Assembly: GCF_003918875.1 (NCBI RefSeq)
Contig: NW_025767725.1
Location: forward strand, 124,001-188,000
Origin: Haliotis rubra
Lineage: Eukaryota
Reading direction: 5' to 3'
DNA length: 64,000 nucleotides
The translations under genes and the position numbers were made by a program. The notes under the pieces are model-generated. The model made no database searches, was not told the origin of the DNA, and was given only the letters and a program-made list of their open reading frames with translations. Numbering within the stretch: position 1 is the stretch's first letter; each line of letters begins with the position of its first letter. This document shows, one piece after another, positions 25,288-38,663 of this stretch.

Positions 25288-25888
25288 TATGTGAAGTATA
25301 TGTGTACGTTTATGGAGGAGGACTTAAGCGTATGATTACCAAGGCTAATGTTTCTCATTTCTTTATATAAATTTGACTGTCAATTTCTTCGGTGCATTGA
25401 GGCCTGTGCGTCCTTACTGTCCCAAGCTAAACTCTTCCTATTCAGTTACCACCATATCTGATACTGATGCGCTTGTTCAGTCCCTTCTATCTGTATTATT
25501 TTTCCAGGATAAAGTGTTCATGTGTGTAAAAGGTTCAAGATTATTCTATAATAAATTCTCTCTGAAAATTTTAAACCTCATACTTGCCAAAAATGGGAAA
25601 CATTATTTGATTGTATAGATTTTGATTGGCATATGATGTTTGATATTTGCAGAAAGAATTTAAGAGATGCATTTCAAATAAGAACCCATTACTGAATCTC
25701 ATAATCTTTATTTAACCGAAACATATTGATGTTGATCACGATATTGATATTTAATGTATTATACCTCTTTTCAGCCCACAAAGTGTACATATATTCTTCT
25801 GTATGCTTGTATTCAACGTTTTGGGAACAATAAAAAAAGCGTGCACGTGTGTGGATACAATGACAGTAGGTACACATTATTGCCGATA

Positions 25889-26465
25889 GGGGCGGTGTGG
25901 TAGCCAAGTGGTTATTAAAGCGTCCGCTCGTCGGCCCGGGCTCAGCCTATATGCTTATATGTGGGTACAATGTGTGAGGCCCAGTGATGGAGTCCCCTAC
26001 CGTGATATTGCTGGAATTTTGCAAAAAGAGGCGTAAAACTAAAACTCACTCACTGACTGCCGATAAGCATTGGGACGCAAGGAGAACAATCAGTTCGTTG
26101 GGGTGTTTGTTAACGTAGTAGCGACATTATCACAGGTAGGTCATGAAGTCCTGGAATAAGTGAGTGAGTTTAGTTGTATGCCGCTTTTAGCACTATTCCA
26201 GCAATTTCACGGCGGAGGGACACCAGAAATGGGCTTCACACATCGTACCCATGTGAGGAATCGAACCCGGGTCTTCGGCGTGACGAGCGAACGCTTTAAC
26301 CACTAGGCTACCCTACCGCCCCTGGAATAAGTACTTTACCGATCACCCCAGTGGAATCATGGACACCAGAAATGGGTTTTACACATTGTATCAATGTGAA
26401 GAATCGAACCCGGGTCTACGGTGTGACGAGCGGACGCTTTAACCATTAGGCTACCCCATCGACCC
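25889..26465. mobile_element. Three SINE family 1 copies (25889-26055 +, 26159-26322 -, 26361-26465 - partial)
   Basis: Positionally equivalent to the 5301/5564/5892 copies. Confidence 0.8.
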
Positions 26466-27184
26466 CTACCTACATCAAGCAATCAGCTGATATCACGTGT
26501 GCTCTGCGTGATGAGTGTGTATGTAACCCCTAGAGTTACGTACTGTATTTATTTGAACGAAAGATGCAATGTACAAATTTAACTCACTCACTCCTTGTAT
26601 GTTTTTGTTTGTTTGTTTCTTTCTTTCTTTCTTTAACTAGACATATCCTCCAGCAATCCAGATTTCGATCGTAGGAGTGCGACGAAAAGCATGAGGAACA
26701 TTGTTATAGAAAATAAAGTCAATTCTATAAAGTTTGGTTTGTTTGTTGTTTAACGCCGCACTTAGCAATATTCCATCTATATGGTGGCGGCCTGTAAAAA
26801 TCTGAAAGAATATCTCCAATCTTGAGTTGGACATTATGATTAAGGCGAGGTTGAACAACATATGACTGTTTTCAAAATGTATTCGGCGAAGCCTTCCACA
26901 ACAGCTCCAGTGAACACATTGAAAATATAATTAAAAATTTATAATTTAAAAAAATGTAAAATTGTGTTTGAAGTTTTACTATCGCTTGTTTTCAGAAAAT
27001 ATAACAAAAAACATATTTAGGGGTTATCCTGAACTCAAGATCAACCCCACACAAGGAAAACCATTCCAGGGATCAAAGGTCAGATGTGTGATGCTTGAAG
27101 TACATGGTTAGATTCAGCTGTACTACAATATTGATCATTTGGGACTGTGCTGTGAAAATGTACACGATTCTCAAATTGTCTAGG

Positions 27185-27410
27185 ACCCGTGAAGATCCGG
27201 GTTGGAATTGGTTTTCAGTAACCCATGCTTGTCGTAAGAGGCGACTAATGGGATCGGGTAGTCAGGCTCGATGACTTGGTTGACACGTCAACAGTTCCCA
27301 ATTGCTTACATCGAAGCTCACGCTGTTGAACACTGGATTGTCTGGTCGAGACACGGTTATTTACAGACCGCCGCCATATAGCTGTAAGTTTGCTGAGTGT
27401 GGCGTAAATC
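27185..27410 (+). mobile_element. Retroposon family 2
   Basis: Starts ACCCGTGAAGATCC. Confidence 0.8.
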
Positions 27411-28076
27411 TAAAGTCAAATTGCCTGTACATAGGGGTATCCGACGTTAAACCCAATTTCACCTCACCTCACCTCACCTCGCCTCACATAGGGGTATCAG
27501 TTGTCTGAAACGCATGTAAAATATATTATCAGTAGCAAAAACCGGATGCAAGCCGCTTCCAGGTTTATTCAAAGAGCATCCGCCTCAATTAACACACGGA
27601 AATTGGTTAGTGAGTGAGTGAGTATGGTTTTACGACGCTTTCAGCAATGTTCCAGCAATTTCACGGTGGGGGAAATTAGAAAAATTTACATCATCGTCAG
27701 TGTGTCTACATTATATGAGCGATGTTTGTTTGGGGGTTGCGGACACTGTTTTAATTCAAACATTCATTCAATGCAAGCCTTCTCTAGTTTCATTCAAACA
27801 AGGAAAAGCAGCCTCCATACACACACATTTTCCAAAATCAAGACATGCTTTGTTCATTTTTTCTAAAAAACGCAAATAACATCAAGATTTATCAACAACA
27901 TTCTGGTGTCACCCGCCTTGATAATGCTGGAATATTGACAAAAAGGCGTACAATAATAGTGACTGACACCTGTGGTGAGGAGAGCGTTGACGTTGCGCCT
28001 TCTGTCGAGTAGTTTCAGGAACATCTTGATCTAAGTTGTACAGTATGTTTAATAACTTTTTCAACCACTTTTCACT

Positions 28077-28945
28077 AAAATACTATCTACCCAAAATTTG
28101 AAATCGTTCATTGAATGAGTCTAGGCAACATAATGTTTAAAGAAAGCCATTAAATACTATCTACCCAAAATTTGAAATCGTTCATTGAATGATTCTAGGC
28201 AACATATTGTTTAAAGAAACCCATTAAATAATATCTACCCAAAATTTGAAATCGGTTATTGAATGATTCTAGACAACATAATGTTTAAAGAAAGCCACAA
28301 AATACTATCTACCCAAAATTTGAAATCGTTCATTGAATGAGTCTAGGCAACATAATGTTTAAAGAAAGCCATTAAATACTATCTACCCAAAATTTGAAAT
28401 CGTTCATTGAATGACTCTAGGCAACATAATGTTTAAAGACAGACACTAAATACTATCTACCCAACATTTGAAATCGTTCATTGAATGAGTATATGTAATA
28501 TAATGTTTAAAGAAAGACACAAAATACTATCTACCCAGAATTTGAAATCGTCCTATGAATGATTCTAGGCAACATAATGTTTAAAGAAAGAAACAAAATA
28601 TACTACCCAAAATTTGAAATCCCATTGAATGATTTGAAATCGTTCATTGAATGATTCTAGGCAACATAATGTTTAAAGAAAGCCACAAAATACTATCTAC
28701 CCAAAATTTGAAATCGTTCATTGAATGATTCTAGGCAACATAATGTTTAAAGAAAGCCACAAAATACTATCTACCCAAAATTTGAAATCGTCCAAAATTT
28801 GAAATCGTTCATTGAATGATTCTAGGCATGATATAGGCAACATAATGTTTAAAGAAAGCCACAAAATACTATCTACCCAAAATTTGAAATCGTTCATTGA
28901 ATGATTCTAGGCATCATAATGTTTAAAGACAGACACTAAATACTA
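28077..28945. repeat. 74-bp AT-rich tandem repeat, ~11-12 copies
   Basis: TACTATCTACCCAAAATTTGAAATCG at 28081, 28155 and onward. Confidence 0.95.
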
Positions 28946-30149
28946 TTTTGCCAATATTTGGAATATGCCATGTCCCTTTTAAAGTTGGGGAACCTCCTTT
29001 TGATCCTGTCTGTAAATTCTATTCCAATATAATACTATTCCAATATAAGAACGGAAACAAGCTGTTCAGTTTAATCCAATGTTTGTTAAAATAATTCGGG
29101 TCATCTCTTAATCACGCATACAATGTTACTGTAAGAATATTAGGTACAACGTAGGAAATGTTAGACCAAAATCTAGTCTCTGAAATGAACATTGTACAGA
29201 CAAAAACTGTTCATAAAATGTAAGCATAAAATATAATGTGAAGGGACCCAGAGACTTTCTTCATTTTCAGACACAGAGCGTTTGCATCACTCAAAGCCGG
29301 GAGTTTTTCACTTTTTACCAGATGAGAGATGCGTTATTCTAGACTTTCAAGGGCTTTCTTGGATATAGTTGTTTCAGGGTCTTTATGACAGACTAAGGGA
29401 ATGTTATATTTTAATACACTCACATTCATACCTTTGATACTTAAATCAATAAGATGATATAAATATTAACATGGCTGTATCTACATATTTTAACCTTTAG
29501 CTTTATTATATTGAGTGCTTTCATTGTATGATATTTTAGTGTCACATAGACCTTCATATCCGAACAGTGTATCTCTAATAAATTATAGATAGTTTAGTAT
29601 AAGTTCAGTATCAGAAGACACTAGTAAAACAATGTGTCTTTCTTCTCTGGATGATACTAAACAATAATCCAGTGCACCCATTCAAGCATTCCATTAATTG
29701 TCCCCAGCAGACCTAGTATGATAAAAGAGCCAAACTGCAATTCCACTACAAGGTATTCAATAACATATTAAGATGCAAAACTACATACATAAGATAATAG
29801 AGCTTGTAAGAGATCTGAAGGGGCAAATGAGCCAATGGAGCTTGATGTTAATGTAGAATAAAGTAAAGCTTGTATTAATTCATTATCGAGTAGATTCAGC
29901 AATCGTTTCTAGATATGCAGGACTAATATACGAGTTCTACCAACATAGAAAACACCTATGAATAATATATATAATATATGACGTGAGATGCAGCCGTTAC
30001 ACGTTTTGCCAGTTGATCATTATGATTTACTTAAGCCGTGCATTATTGAAGGTGTTTTTGTCCTTTATTCTGCTGGAAGCCAATAAACAACCGTTAGATC
30101 TCTGTTTCAGTGGAAAATTTTAGAATGTCATGACATTGTCGTTTGTTGG

Positions 30150-30350
30150 CTTCCAATGGCTGAGTGGGTTAGATCGCTGACATCGTGTGTTAGCGACTAG
30201 GTCCCTCATTCTGACAGTGAAATCTGAAAGTTCGAATCCCGGATGAGACTCAACCCCAAAGACTTCTAGATTTTGTAATTTACTGAGAAAATGTAATTCC
30301 AAATGTAACAAATGTTACATTTACCACTTCTTAAAAGGCATTGCGCATTC
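30150..30350 (+). mobile_element. tRNA-derived SINE family 3
   Basis: B box GTTCGAATCC then GACTCAACCC...TTACTRAGAAAATGTAAT; other copies at ~3545-3725 (-), 4155-4290 (-) and 4362-4500 (+). Confidence 0.6.
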
Positions 30351-30949
30351 ATGTGACTTGGAAATACGTGATTTGTGGAGGAAAAACTGGACTCAAAATG
30401 CTTCATGCCTTTCAAACCCTTGATTGGATGGCATGACCTTACTGAAGATGCAATACGAATATACCGGACATTACATTTATTATACTCATTCTGTCATATA
30501 TATGGAAGAGGACCACCCTCATCGCACACCTTGTTTTTGTCCTATCGCTCTCAGACGTCTTACGTCTTTTGTTTGTGTGTGTGGAATCTTCAAACACGCT
30601 CTAACATTTATGTTATGTTTCTACAGACATAGGAATGAAGCTAACATGCATCGTAAAATGTAGCTGTTACATTTTATGACCAACTTATATTCTTTCCAAT
30701 CATATGAGTTCACGTTTAAATTATCTTTACTCGTATTGCTTATGCTTATATATACAACAACAGTAATCCTCCACAGCCTCTAACCTTACTGATGTGGTAT
30801 CATCGATCAAACTATTCTGATCGGATGTGATGTGATGTGATGTGATGTGGAAAGATGTGCTAAGGGTTGTCACATCTCCCCCTGAAACAAAACAAAATAG
30901 GTCCATTGTATCTATCGTCATATGATGGATATATAATCCAGTATAAAGC

Positions 30950-31138
30950 AGGGCGGTGGGGTAGCCTAGTGGTTAAGGCGTTCGCTCGTCACGCCGAAGA
31001 ACCGGGTTCGATTCCCCACATGTGCACAATCAATATGTGAAGCCCATTTCTGGTGTTCCCCGACGTGATATTGCTGAAATATTGCTAAAAGCGGCGTAAA
31101 ACTAAACTCACTCACTCACTCACTCACACACACTCACC
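30950..31138 (+). mobile_element. SINE family 1
   Basis: A/B boxes and tail. Confidence 0.85.
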
Positions 31139-32071
31139 CCAGTGTAAATCTATTTTCGCCGAGTCAGATATTTGTCTGTTGGTGCGATTAATGTCTCTTT
31201 TAAGATTATTTCACATATATACACCATTTAATATACACAAACACAAGCACACATAAATGAGCACGGACACACACACACGCACGCACACACACACGTATAG
31301 CTTCTTCTGAGGAATGTCATTGAATGGTGAGAATGTTAATAGAACAAAATAGTTTTCACTAGCCCACTGAAAGATGGCTCCAGATCAGGGGCTAGCATTT
31401 GTGAAATGTAAAGCCAGATTTCGTAACTAAGTTCATATAATAATTTGGATTAATTTCATTGTTATTATTATGTGCCATGATGAATGCTAGTCAATGCAAA
31501 CTGCCGACAAAAGAAAGTACATAACTACAGTCGAGCACCGTTGTGTCGAACTCTGATAACTCGATATCTCGGTTGTCTCCATATAACATTTCGGTCCCGG
31601 CAAAATCCTTCATAATGTATCATTATTCAAGCTCTTTTAACTCGATACGGATGTCTCGATATTTCGGATATCTCGATATAATTTCATGGCCCCAACAAGC
31701 AAATTTACCCTGTTAACTCGATATTTTCACAAGAAACTCGATATTCACCTACCTTTCATGGTATTTGTTATGATCGCTACCTTTGAGACAGCAAGTAGTT
31801 ATTCGATTGTGATACAGTTTATACAGGTGCCACAGTTTAGCGTTTTTAACTTCAATTTTCTGCTTTTTGGTGAAGTATTTCATTGTACAAACGTTTTCTT
31901 GGTCTCATTCAGTTTTCTAGTGTATATTTTCCAGCAGTTTAGTAAGCTGCATTCAATCAGGAATACATCTTCTGCTGAATAAAGTATGAACAGGATAAAG
32001 TCCTATGTATATTTATTGGTTTCAAGCTTAAAGAAGCACCCTCAGTACAGTATTGTTGTATTTGTTATGAT

Positions 32072-32315
32072 GAGTGAGTGAGTGAGTGAGTTTAGTTTTA
32101 CGCCGCACTCAGCAATATTCCAGCTATATGGCGGCGGTCTGTAAATAATCGAGTCTGGACCAGACAATCCAGTGATCAACAGCATGAGCATCGATCTGCG
32201 CAATTGGGAACCGATGGCATGTGTCAACCACGTCAGCGAGCCCGATCCCGTTAGTCGCCTCTTACTACAAGCATGGGTTACTGAAGGTTCATTCTAACCC
32301 TGACCTTCACGGGTT
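32072..32315 (-). mobile_element. Retroposon family 2, near full length
   Basis: Approximate TSD TTTGT(T/A)ATGATGA. Confidence 0.85.
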
Positions 32316-32803
32316 TGTAATGATGAAATATAAAGTTGGGAAAACCTACGTGAGATAATAACATCACTAGTGCTCCCCCTAGGCACATTCAGGAGGGCGG
32401 TGTCCTTAAATTTTTGTGCCCTGCCCTTTGACTTGAAATACTTTTTCAAATTATAATCATAAATTAAAATGAGAGAAGAATACAAATGAACTCCAGAATT
32501 AAAATTGTAAGACTGTCTTTGACAAAATATATATTTTATCATTATTTCAATAATCCTCACCTACATGCCCTTTTAAATTATGAAGCGCCTTTTTCTACGA
32601 AGTTACCCTGCCCTTTCTGAATCCTAGGAGGAACGCTAATCACAATAAACATAACCAAGGACCTGTTTTTGAATTTCGCCATCCTCTCATTTGCTGGATG
32701 GAGAGAGGAGTCAGTAAGTGGTTAGGAGATGGTATTCAAAGGAGATGGTGGTAAGGCCGGTGGTCCAATGACACGTATACTGGCTGGTCCAATGAAGCGG
32801 CCT

Positions 32804-35800
32804 TTACACCCAGGAACTGAAGGTTGGAGCTCCAGTTTTGCTAGGAGTGTACGCCGGACGGGGAGCCGGCGGGGTGGAGACGAGAGGGCTGAGTTGGTGC
32901 AAACGAACTGCTGAAAATTGTGATAATGTAATCATAAATTCGAAAAATTACGTCTTAATTGAGTAAGAGTTATTGTCATACCAATCAATATTTCAGGATA
33001 TGAATACAAACTTGGCATATTTATATTTCTCAAATGCTGTGTACATGCACCTGCCAACTTTGATTGGAAGGTTTAGATTGGGTTTCTCGTAAGTAACTTA
33101 TGCATGAGGTTTTTTTGTTTTCTTTTCGAGAGTTGCATCATTCCTCATAGAATGTTTACGATATAACTAAACAATATTTTATTCATATTTATTACATACA
33201 TTCCATAAAACGCTGATACATTTTAGTTTCAAATATTGCGTTTCTTGATTCATTATGAACGCAAAGCCAAGAACGATGAAACATATGCCTATTGCTTATT
33301 GATATTCACTTGTCATCAACAAGAAAATGTTATTTGTATGTGTGGTATATTTTTTATAATTGCGTGGTAACATCTATGACACGACCTACCAGCAGGTTGT
33401 TTTGCTGTCGAACCAGCGGGGCAAGGTTCTGCACGACGCCGGAGTTTTCCAGGCAGCACGCACTTAATATACACTGCTGTACAAACACTCCCAATGAAGG
33501 CAAGTACCATGACACAACCGATCATCACGGCAACACTATTGAACGGTCTGTGGGAAGTAAAATGAATTCATAGTTTTGATCTGGTTTATCAAGGTTACAA
33601 CATTCAAGGCCTCAGTAAAGCCTTCAAAAAGGTTTAAGGTATGCATGTGGAGACCATTTCGAAATCTGGCGCATCAGTAACAAATGTGATGCCCGATTGA
33701 ATTCGTTATTTGACTTGTACCATACGGTCCCGAATTATTTCAGGTGAGCAAATGAACGACTGCACATGTCTATGGCGGCACCACCGGTGAGGCAGGATAC
33801 CCTCACCTTTTCGCGAACACATGGTATCATCACTATTTCATACTGATTCATAAACACATGCTCTGTCGTCGTATAGAATGGTGACGATCACTAGATTGTC
33901 TGGTTCAGACTCGATTTGTTTACAAACAACATCATACAGCTGTAATACTGCTGAAGCAAATATATACTCATGATATAGTCACAAGTGTACAAGATCGTTT
34001 TGTTGCTTCTATTACCGTATGCAAACAAATGTACGTTTGACTGGTTTATGTGCGATTCCTTAAGGCGAATCTATTGTCTCTTCTTGGATTTTCAGTGAAC
34101 CATTCACAAGATATTCACTGCTATGCAGCCTTTTACGGCCAAAGGAATCAATTTTGGCGGAAAATGAGGCTGGTGTTGATACATTACACTTAATGACAAT
34201 ACTTCTGTCCCTTGACCAAACAATCAAATCCGCATAAACAGGAAATTTTCGCGTTTCTGAATTTGGCTTTCTGGTTAAAAATCATTTGATTGTCTCGTTT
34301 GTTTGCATGCCGACGTTGCATTACAAGAGTACTGGCTTTTCGGCAAATTGTGAGAAAGCAGAACAAGCGGTACACCTACAGAATTCCGGATACCTATCAG
34401 CCATATTGTTTAGTGTCACATCACCCTAACCCTCCTAACCCTAAACCTCAACCTAACCCTAAACCTTACCATAACCCTAACCCTAACCGTAAATCTTAAC
34501 CTTACCCTAACCCTGACTAAACTCGCGTGTATAAGATGACTATATGGATGACAACTTCTTCTTTATTGTATAACACGACGTTTCATATCACCTGAAGAAG
34601 GGACAAGAAGTAGCGCAGAAACGTCGTGTTATACAATAAAGAAGAAGTTGTCGTCGTGATATGACCTGAAGAAGTGGCAAGAAGTAGCCCAGAAACGTCG
34701 TGTTATACAATAAAGAAGAAGTTGTCATCGTGATATGACCTGAAGAAGGGGCAAGAAGTAGCGCAGAAACGTCGTGTTATACAATAAAGAAGAAGTTGTC
34801 ATCCATATACTCGTCTTATATATTCATCAACTTCTAAATGCCTCTCAAGAATCTCATTACACTCGCGTGCTTTCAAAGATGGCGGAAGGTGTCCGGTATT
34901 CTGTAGTCTTACCGAACATGCTTACGTTTACGCAAACACCCGATGTCATTGATTTTTAGTGATCGATTTTGCCCTTAACACCAAAAGGTGGAGAAGTGGC
35001 AAGGTTGTGTATTCTTTTGCACTGACGTTTTATGATCTAAAATGCGTTCTTTTTGCACGACATGTTAAGGCTCAGCATCGCTGTGGCATGTAGATCATGT
35101 GTAAAGTCAATTTGGACAAAGTAGATTTAATTAACTTGCTTCACCGGAAGTAAACACAAGTGAATCTCTCAGTATTATTAAATATCCTGCGACACATATA
35201 TTCACATACACATACACATATTTTGTAAGTGATATGGTCACATTGGCAATCCGAAGGTATTGTGTTGGACACTCTCATTGTACGCATTCATTTTTATTGT
35301 CGGAAGAGGGTCGCCCTCAATGTATTACTTGTCACAGTCAAATGACAAGCATCTTTTGTTTGAATGTGTGGATTTTTCGTTCATTCATTTGAGATTTTGT
35401 ACTGTTCAGGTTATGTCTGAACTTTTCAATACCATTTCTTATCATTCAACTGATTCCATGGCATTTGATTGGCTAACAAAGAATCCTTTTGCTATTAGTG
35501 TAACCATACACTTAAAACAAAATAGGCATGGCACACCGTCGAAGGCTGTTTGGCGGAGAGGAGATTGACATTAGTCTTTACTTATGTTTCGGTAAACGAT
35601 ATCACTGATTTCATATCGCGATCATTTTTGAGTTAATTATACTCTTTAAAAACAATCAGGATTGACACCCCACTACTGCCTTGTGCACGTGCATGCCATG
35701 CGTTGTGTTTAAGGGTGGTGATAAAGAGAAATGGTGGTCCGTCTTTGAAAAGTTTGTTAATGCTTACACTTCCGATTCAAATTGAACGTTCAGGTTCTCC

Positions 35801-38077
35801 AACTGTCTTAAGAGTATATTTTATGCGCATTTTGCTTGTTGTTATCTTATTCATAACAACTTCAATATTTTATTGACTTCAAACAGTATTGGATGTAACT
35901 TTTTAAGTCAGATTGACGGAACTGAACTGCCTGGAGGACCAACAGTTATCTCAGTTAGCAAATCTCAAAGCAAATAAGTGAGCGAGTGAGATTAGTTTTA
36001 CGCCGCTTTTAGCAATATTCCAGTAATATCACGTCGAGGGACGCCAGAAATGGACTTCTCCACGTGGGGAATAGAACCCGGAGAGGAGAGATCGGTTTAA
36101 CCACTAGGAACCCCACCGCCCTTCACAGCAGATGAGGTTAATCTTCAGAAAACCCATAGGAACCTGAATCGTTTTACACTTTGAAACCCCATCGGTTCCC
36201 AATTGCTCAGATCGATGCTTATGCTGTTGATCACTGGATTGTCTGGTCCAGACTCAATTATTTACAGACCGCCGCCTTATAGCTGGAATATTGCTGAGTG
36301 CAGCGTAAAACTTAACTCACTCACTCACTTTGAAACCCACAACCATGGGCATAATCCTGACTGGAATTGTTAAGTATCAGGTGTTCAAACCAGCACATCC
36401 TGGCACAAATAAGGGGAACAAACCAGCGTTAATACATTAAGGAATGGATAGGAGTCCGTTGCTTAGAAACAGATAACAAGCCAACCTTGTAAGAGTACAC
36501 GTTTCTACCTTTGCTTTATGTCGCTGCAACATATTCTATTCCTGCCGTAGCGGCAACAGTCGTCGCAAACGCGGGAGATGTAGTTCCCGTCAGCGTACAC
36601 CACACACTCTTTCGCCAGGCTGCCTACAACAATCACGACCCAGAAATATTAACCAGAACATACGTTGAATGCAACAAGGGCGCCATTACCCAGTCTGGTC
36701 CACGGGGTCTGCTGCGCTAACGCTTTGACACTCGAAGCGTTTGCGCAGCAGACCCCGGGAACTAGGCTGGCCGTGAGCTAGCGCGTACCCATCTGAAATA
36801 GAATACACTAAACTACTGTAATGATGAATGAGTCAGTGAGTTTGGTTTACGCCGCTTTTAGCAATGTCCTAGCAATATCATTGCGGGGGGCACCAGAAAT
36901 GAGCTTCACACATCGTATCCATGTCGGGAATCGCGTGATCGAACCTGGGCCTTCGGCGTCGCAAGCAAGCGCATAAACCACTAGGCTACCCCGCAGCCCC
37001 GGTTATATATAAATCAAAGGGAACACAAAGTTCGGTTCGTTATAAACGTAGTTCGGTATGTGCATTTCGAGCAACGAATGCAGCATGTTGTCGGCACAAT
37101 GTGTCTCTATGAATATGTGTGTGTATCTCAGAGTGTGTGTGTCAGTGTGTGTATGTATGTCAGAGTGTGTTTCAGTGTGTCTCTGTGAATATTTGTGTAT
37201 CTCAGATTTTGTGTTTCAGTGTGTCTCTATGAATATGTGTGTATGTCAGAGTGTTTCAGTGTGTCTCTGTGAATATGTGTGTATCTCAGATTTTGTGTTT
37301 CAGTGTGTCTCTATGAATGATTGTGTGTGTGTCAGAGTGTGTTTCAGTGTGTCTCTGTGAATATGTGTGTATCTCAGAGTTTGTGTTACAGTGTGTCTCT
37401 ATGAATGGCTGTGTGCATGGTATGTCAGAGTGTGTGTATCGGTGTGTGTGTGGCAGTGTGTATGATTATCTGTGTGTATGTCAGAGTTTCTGTTTCAGTC
37501 TGTCTCTATGAATGTATGTGTGTATGGTCAGAGTGTGTGTATCAGTGTGTGTGTGTGTGTGTGTGTGTGGCAGTGTGTATGAATATCTGTGTGCATGTCA
37601 GAGTTTGTGTTTCAGTCTGTCTTTATGAATGTCTGTATGTATGTCAGAGTGTGTGTTTCTGTGTCTCTATTAAGATGTGTGTGTATCTCAGAGTGTGTGT
37701 GTTTCAGTCTGTCTCTATGAATGGCTGTGTGTATGGTATGTCAGATTGTGTATCGGTGTGTGTGGCAGTGTGTTTGAATATATGTGTGTATGTCAAAGTT
37801 TGTGTTTCAGTCTGTCTCTATGAATGTCTGTGTGTCAGAGTGTGTGTTTCTGTGTCTCTATTAAGATGTGTGTGTATCTCAGAGTGTGTGTGTTTCAGTC
37901 TGTCTCTATGAATGGCTGTGTGTATGGTATGTCAGAGTGTGTGTATCAGTGTGTGTGGCAGTGTGAATGAATATCTGTGTGTATGTCAGAGTTTGTGTTT
38001 CAGTCTGTCTCTATGAATTTCATTGTGTTTGTCAGAGTCTATATTTCGGTGTGCGTGTGTGTGTGTATGTCAGAGAG

Positions 38078-38120
<43 letters not shown>

Positions 38121-38663
38121 GTTTGTGTGTTTGTCCGAGTGTGTGTTTCAGTGTATCTCTATGAATATGAGTGTGTATGTCAGAGTGTCTCTATCATTGA
38201 GCCTCAATGAATGTATGTAAATGTGTATATTTGTGTCATCTTGTGTCTCTGTGCGTATGTCAGTGTGTCAGTTTATGTATTAGCGTGTGTGTGAAATGCG
38301 TCTGCTCATGATGTCAGTCACTGGATTATTGAGAAACATTTGTCATAGCGCGGAAAGAGTGTTTTTGCCGATAATAAACAAACAAACACGCCATGCAAAT
38401 GAGTTACTTGCGCAATAAAACCACATAATTTCTCGAATAATCTGGATATCATCATTTACCCCAATGTCATGTTATTTCAAACACAGATCAGTCTGTCATA
38501 TTGGTACAGTGAACATCTACACTTTGATCGTTCAAAGGCATGTTTTTTCAGACACGTAATATATACCTAATACGTAATGCTATAGACAGTAGTTCTTACC
38601 CGTAATGTGCAGCAAAACGTAGATGATCACAACAGAGGTTCGACCCACATCTAACAAGCCCAT
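32804..38663 (-). CDS. G3: Shisa-like/CYYR1-like single-pass membrane protein, 147 aa, no PPxY; join(38663-38600, 36623-36509, 33547-33390, 32910-32804)
   Basis: [22 protein letters not shown]|[38 protein letters not shown]|[38 protein letters not shown]...QPA|[35 protein letters not shown]; all GT-AG, phases 1-2-1. Confidence 0.88.
34423..34515. repeat. Degenerate interstitial (CCCTAA)n telomere-like repeat
   Basis: Directly visible. Confidence 0.75.
34530..34860 (+). mobile_element. Penelope-like terminal-repeat insertion: three 74-bp units with minimal hammerhead motifs plus an inverted head
   Basis: CCTGAAGAAG...GAAACGTC at 34591, 34665 and 34739; inverted copy 34530-34584; TSD ACTCGCGTG at 34521-34529 and 34861-34869. 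Confidence 0.7.
35978..36328. mobile_element. SINE family 1 (35978-36122 -) and 5'-truncated family 2 (36190-36328 +)
   Basis: Family sequence; the family-2 copy has TSD CACTTTGAAACCC. Confidence 0.75.
36829..37000 (-). mobile_element. SINE family 1
   Basis: A/B boxes and tail. Confidence 0.75.
37100..38290. repeat. Complex TG-rich satellite in G3 intron 1
   Basis: Recurring TCAGAGTGTGTG / GTCTCTATGAAT with (TG)n. Confidence 0.9.

Larger units (their letters stand above)
24430..34312 (+). repeat. Segmental duplicate of ~2712-11950 (direct orientation, copy-specific insertions)
   Basis: Colinear unique anchors 2760/24480, 3000/24565, 5460/26060, 6470/26640, 7000/30770, 7720/31770, 8100/32920, 9200/33720, 11780/34140. 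Confidence 0.85.

Noticed and set aside
34423-34515. True telomere or fusion site
   Set aside because: Short, degenerate and intronic, with no head-to-head arrays.
37058-38210. Cys/Val-rich ORFs
   Set aside because: Translation of a TG-rich satellite.
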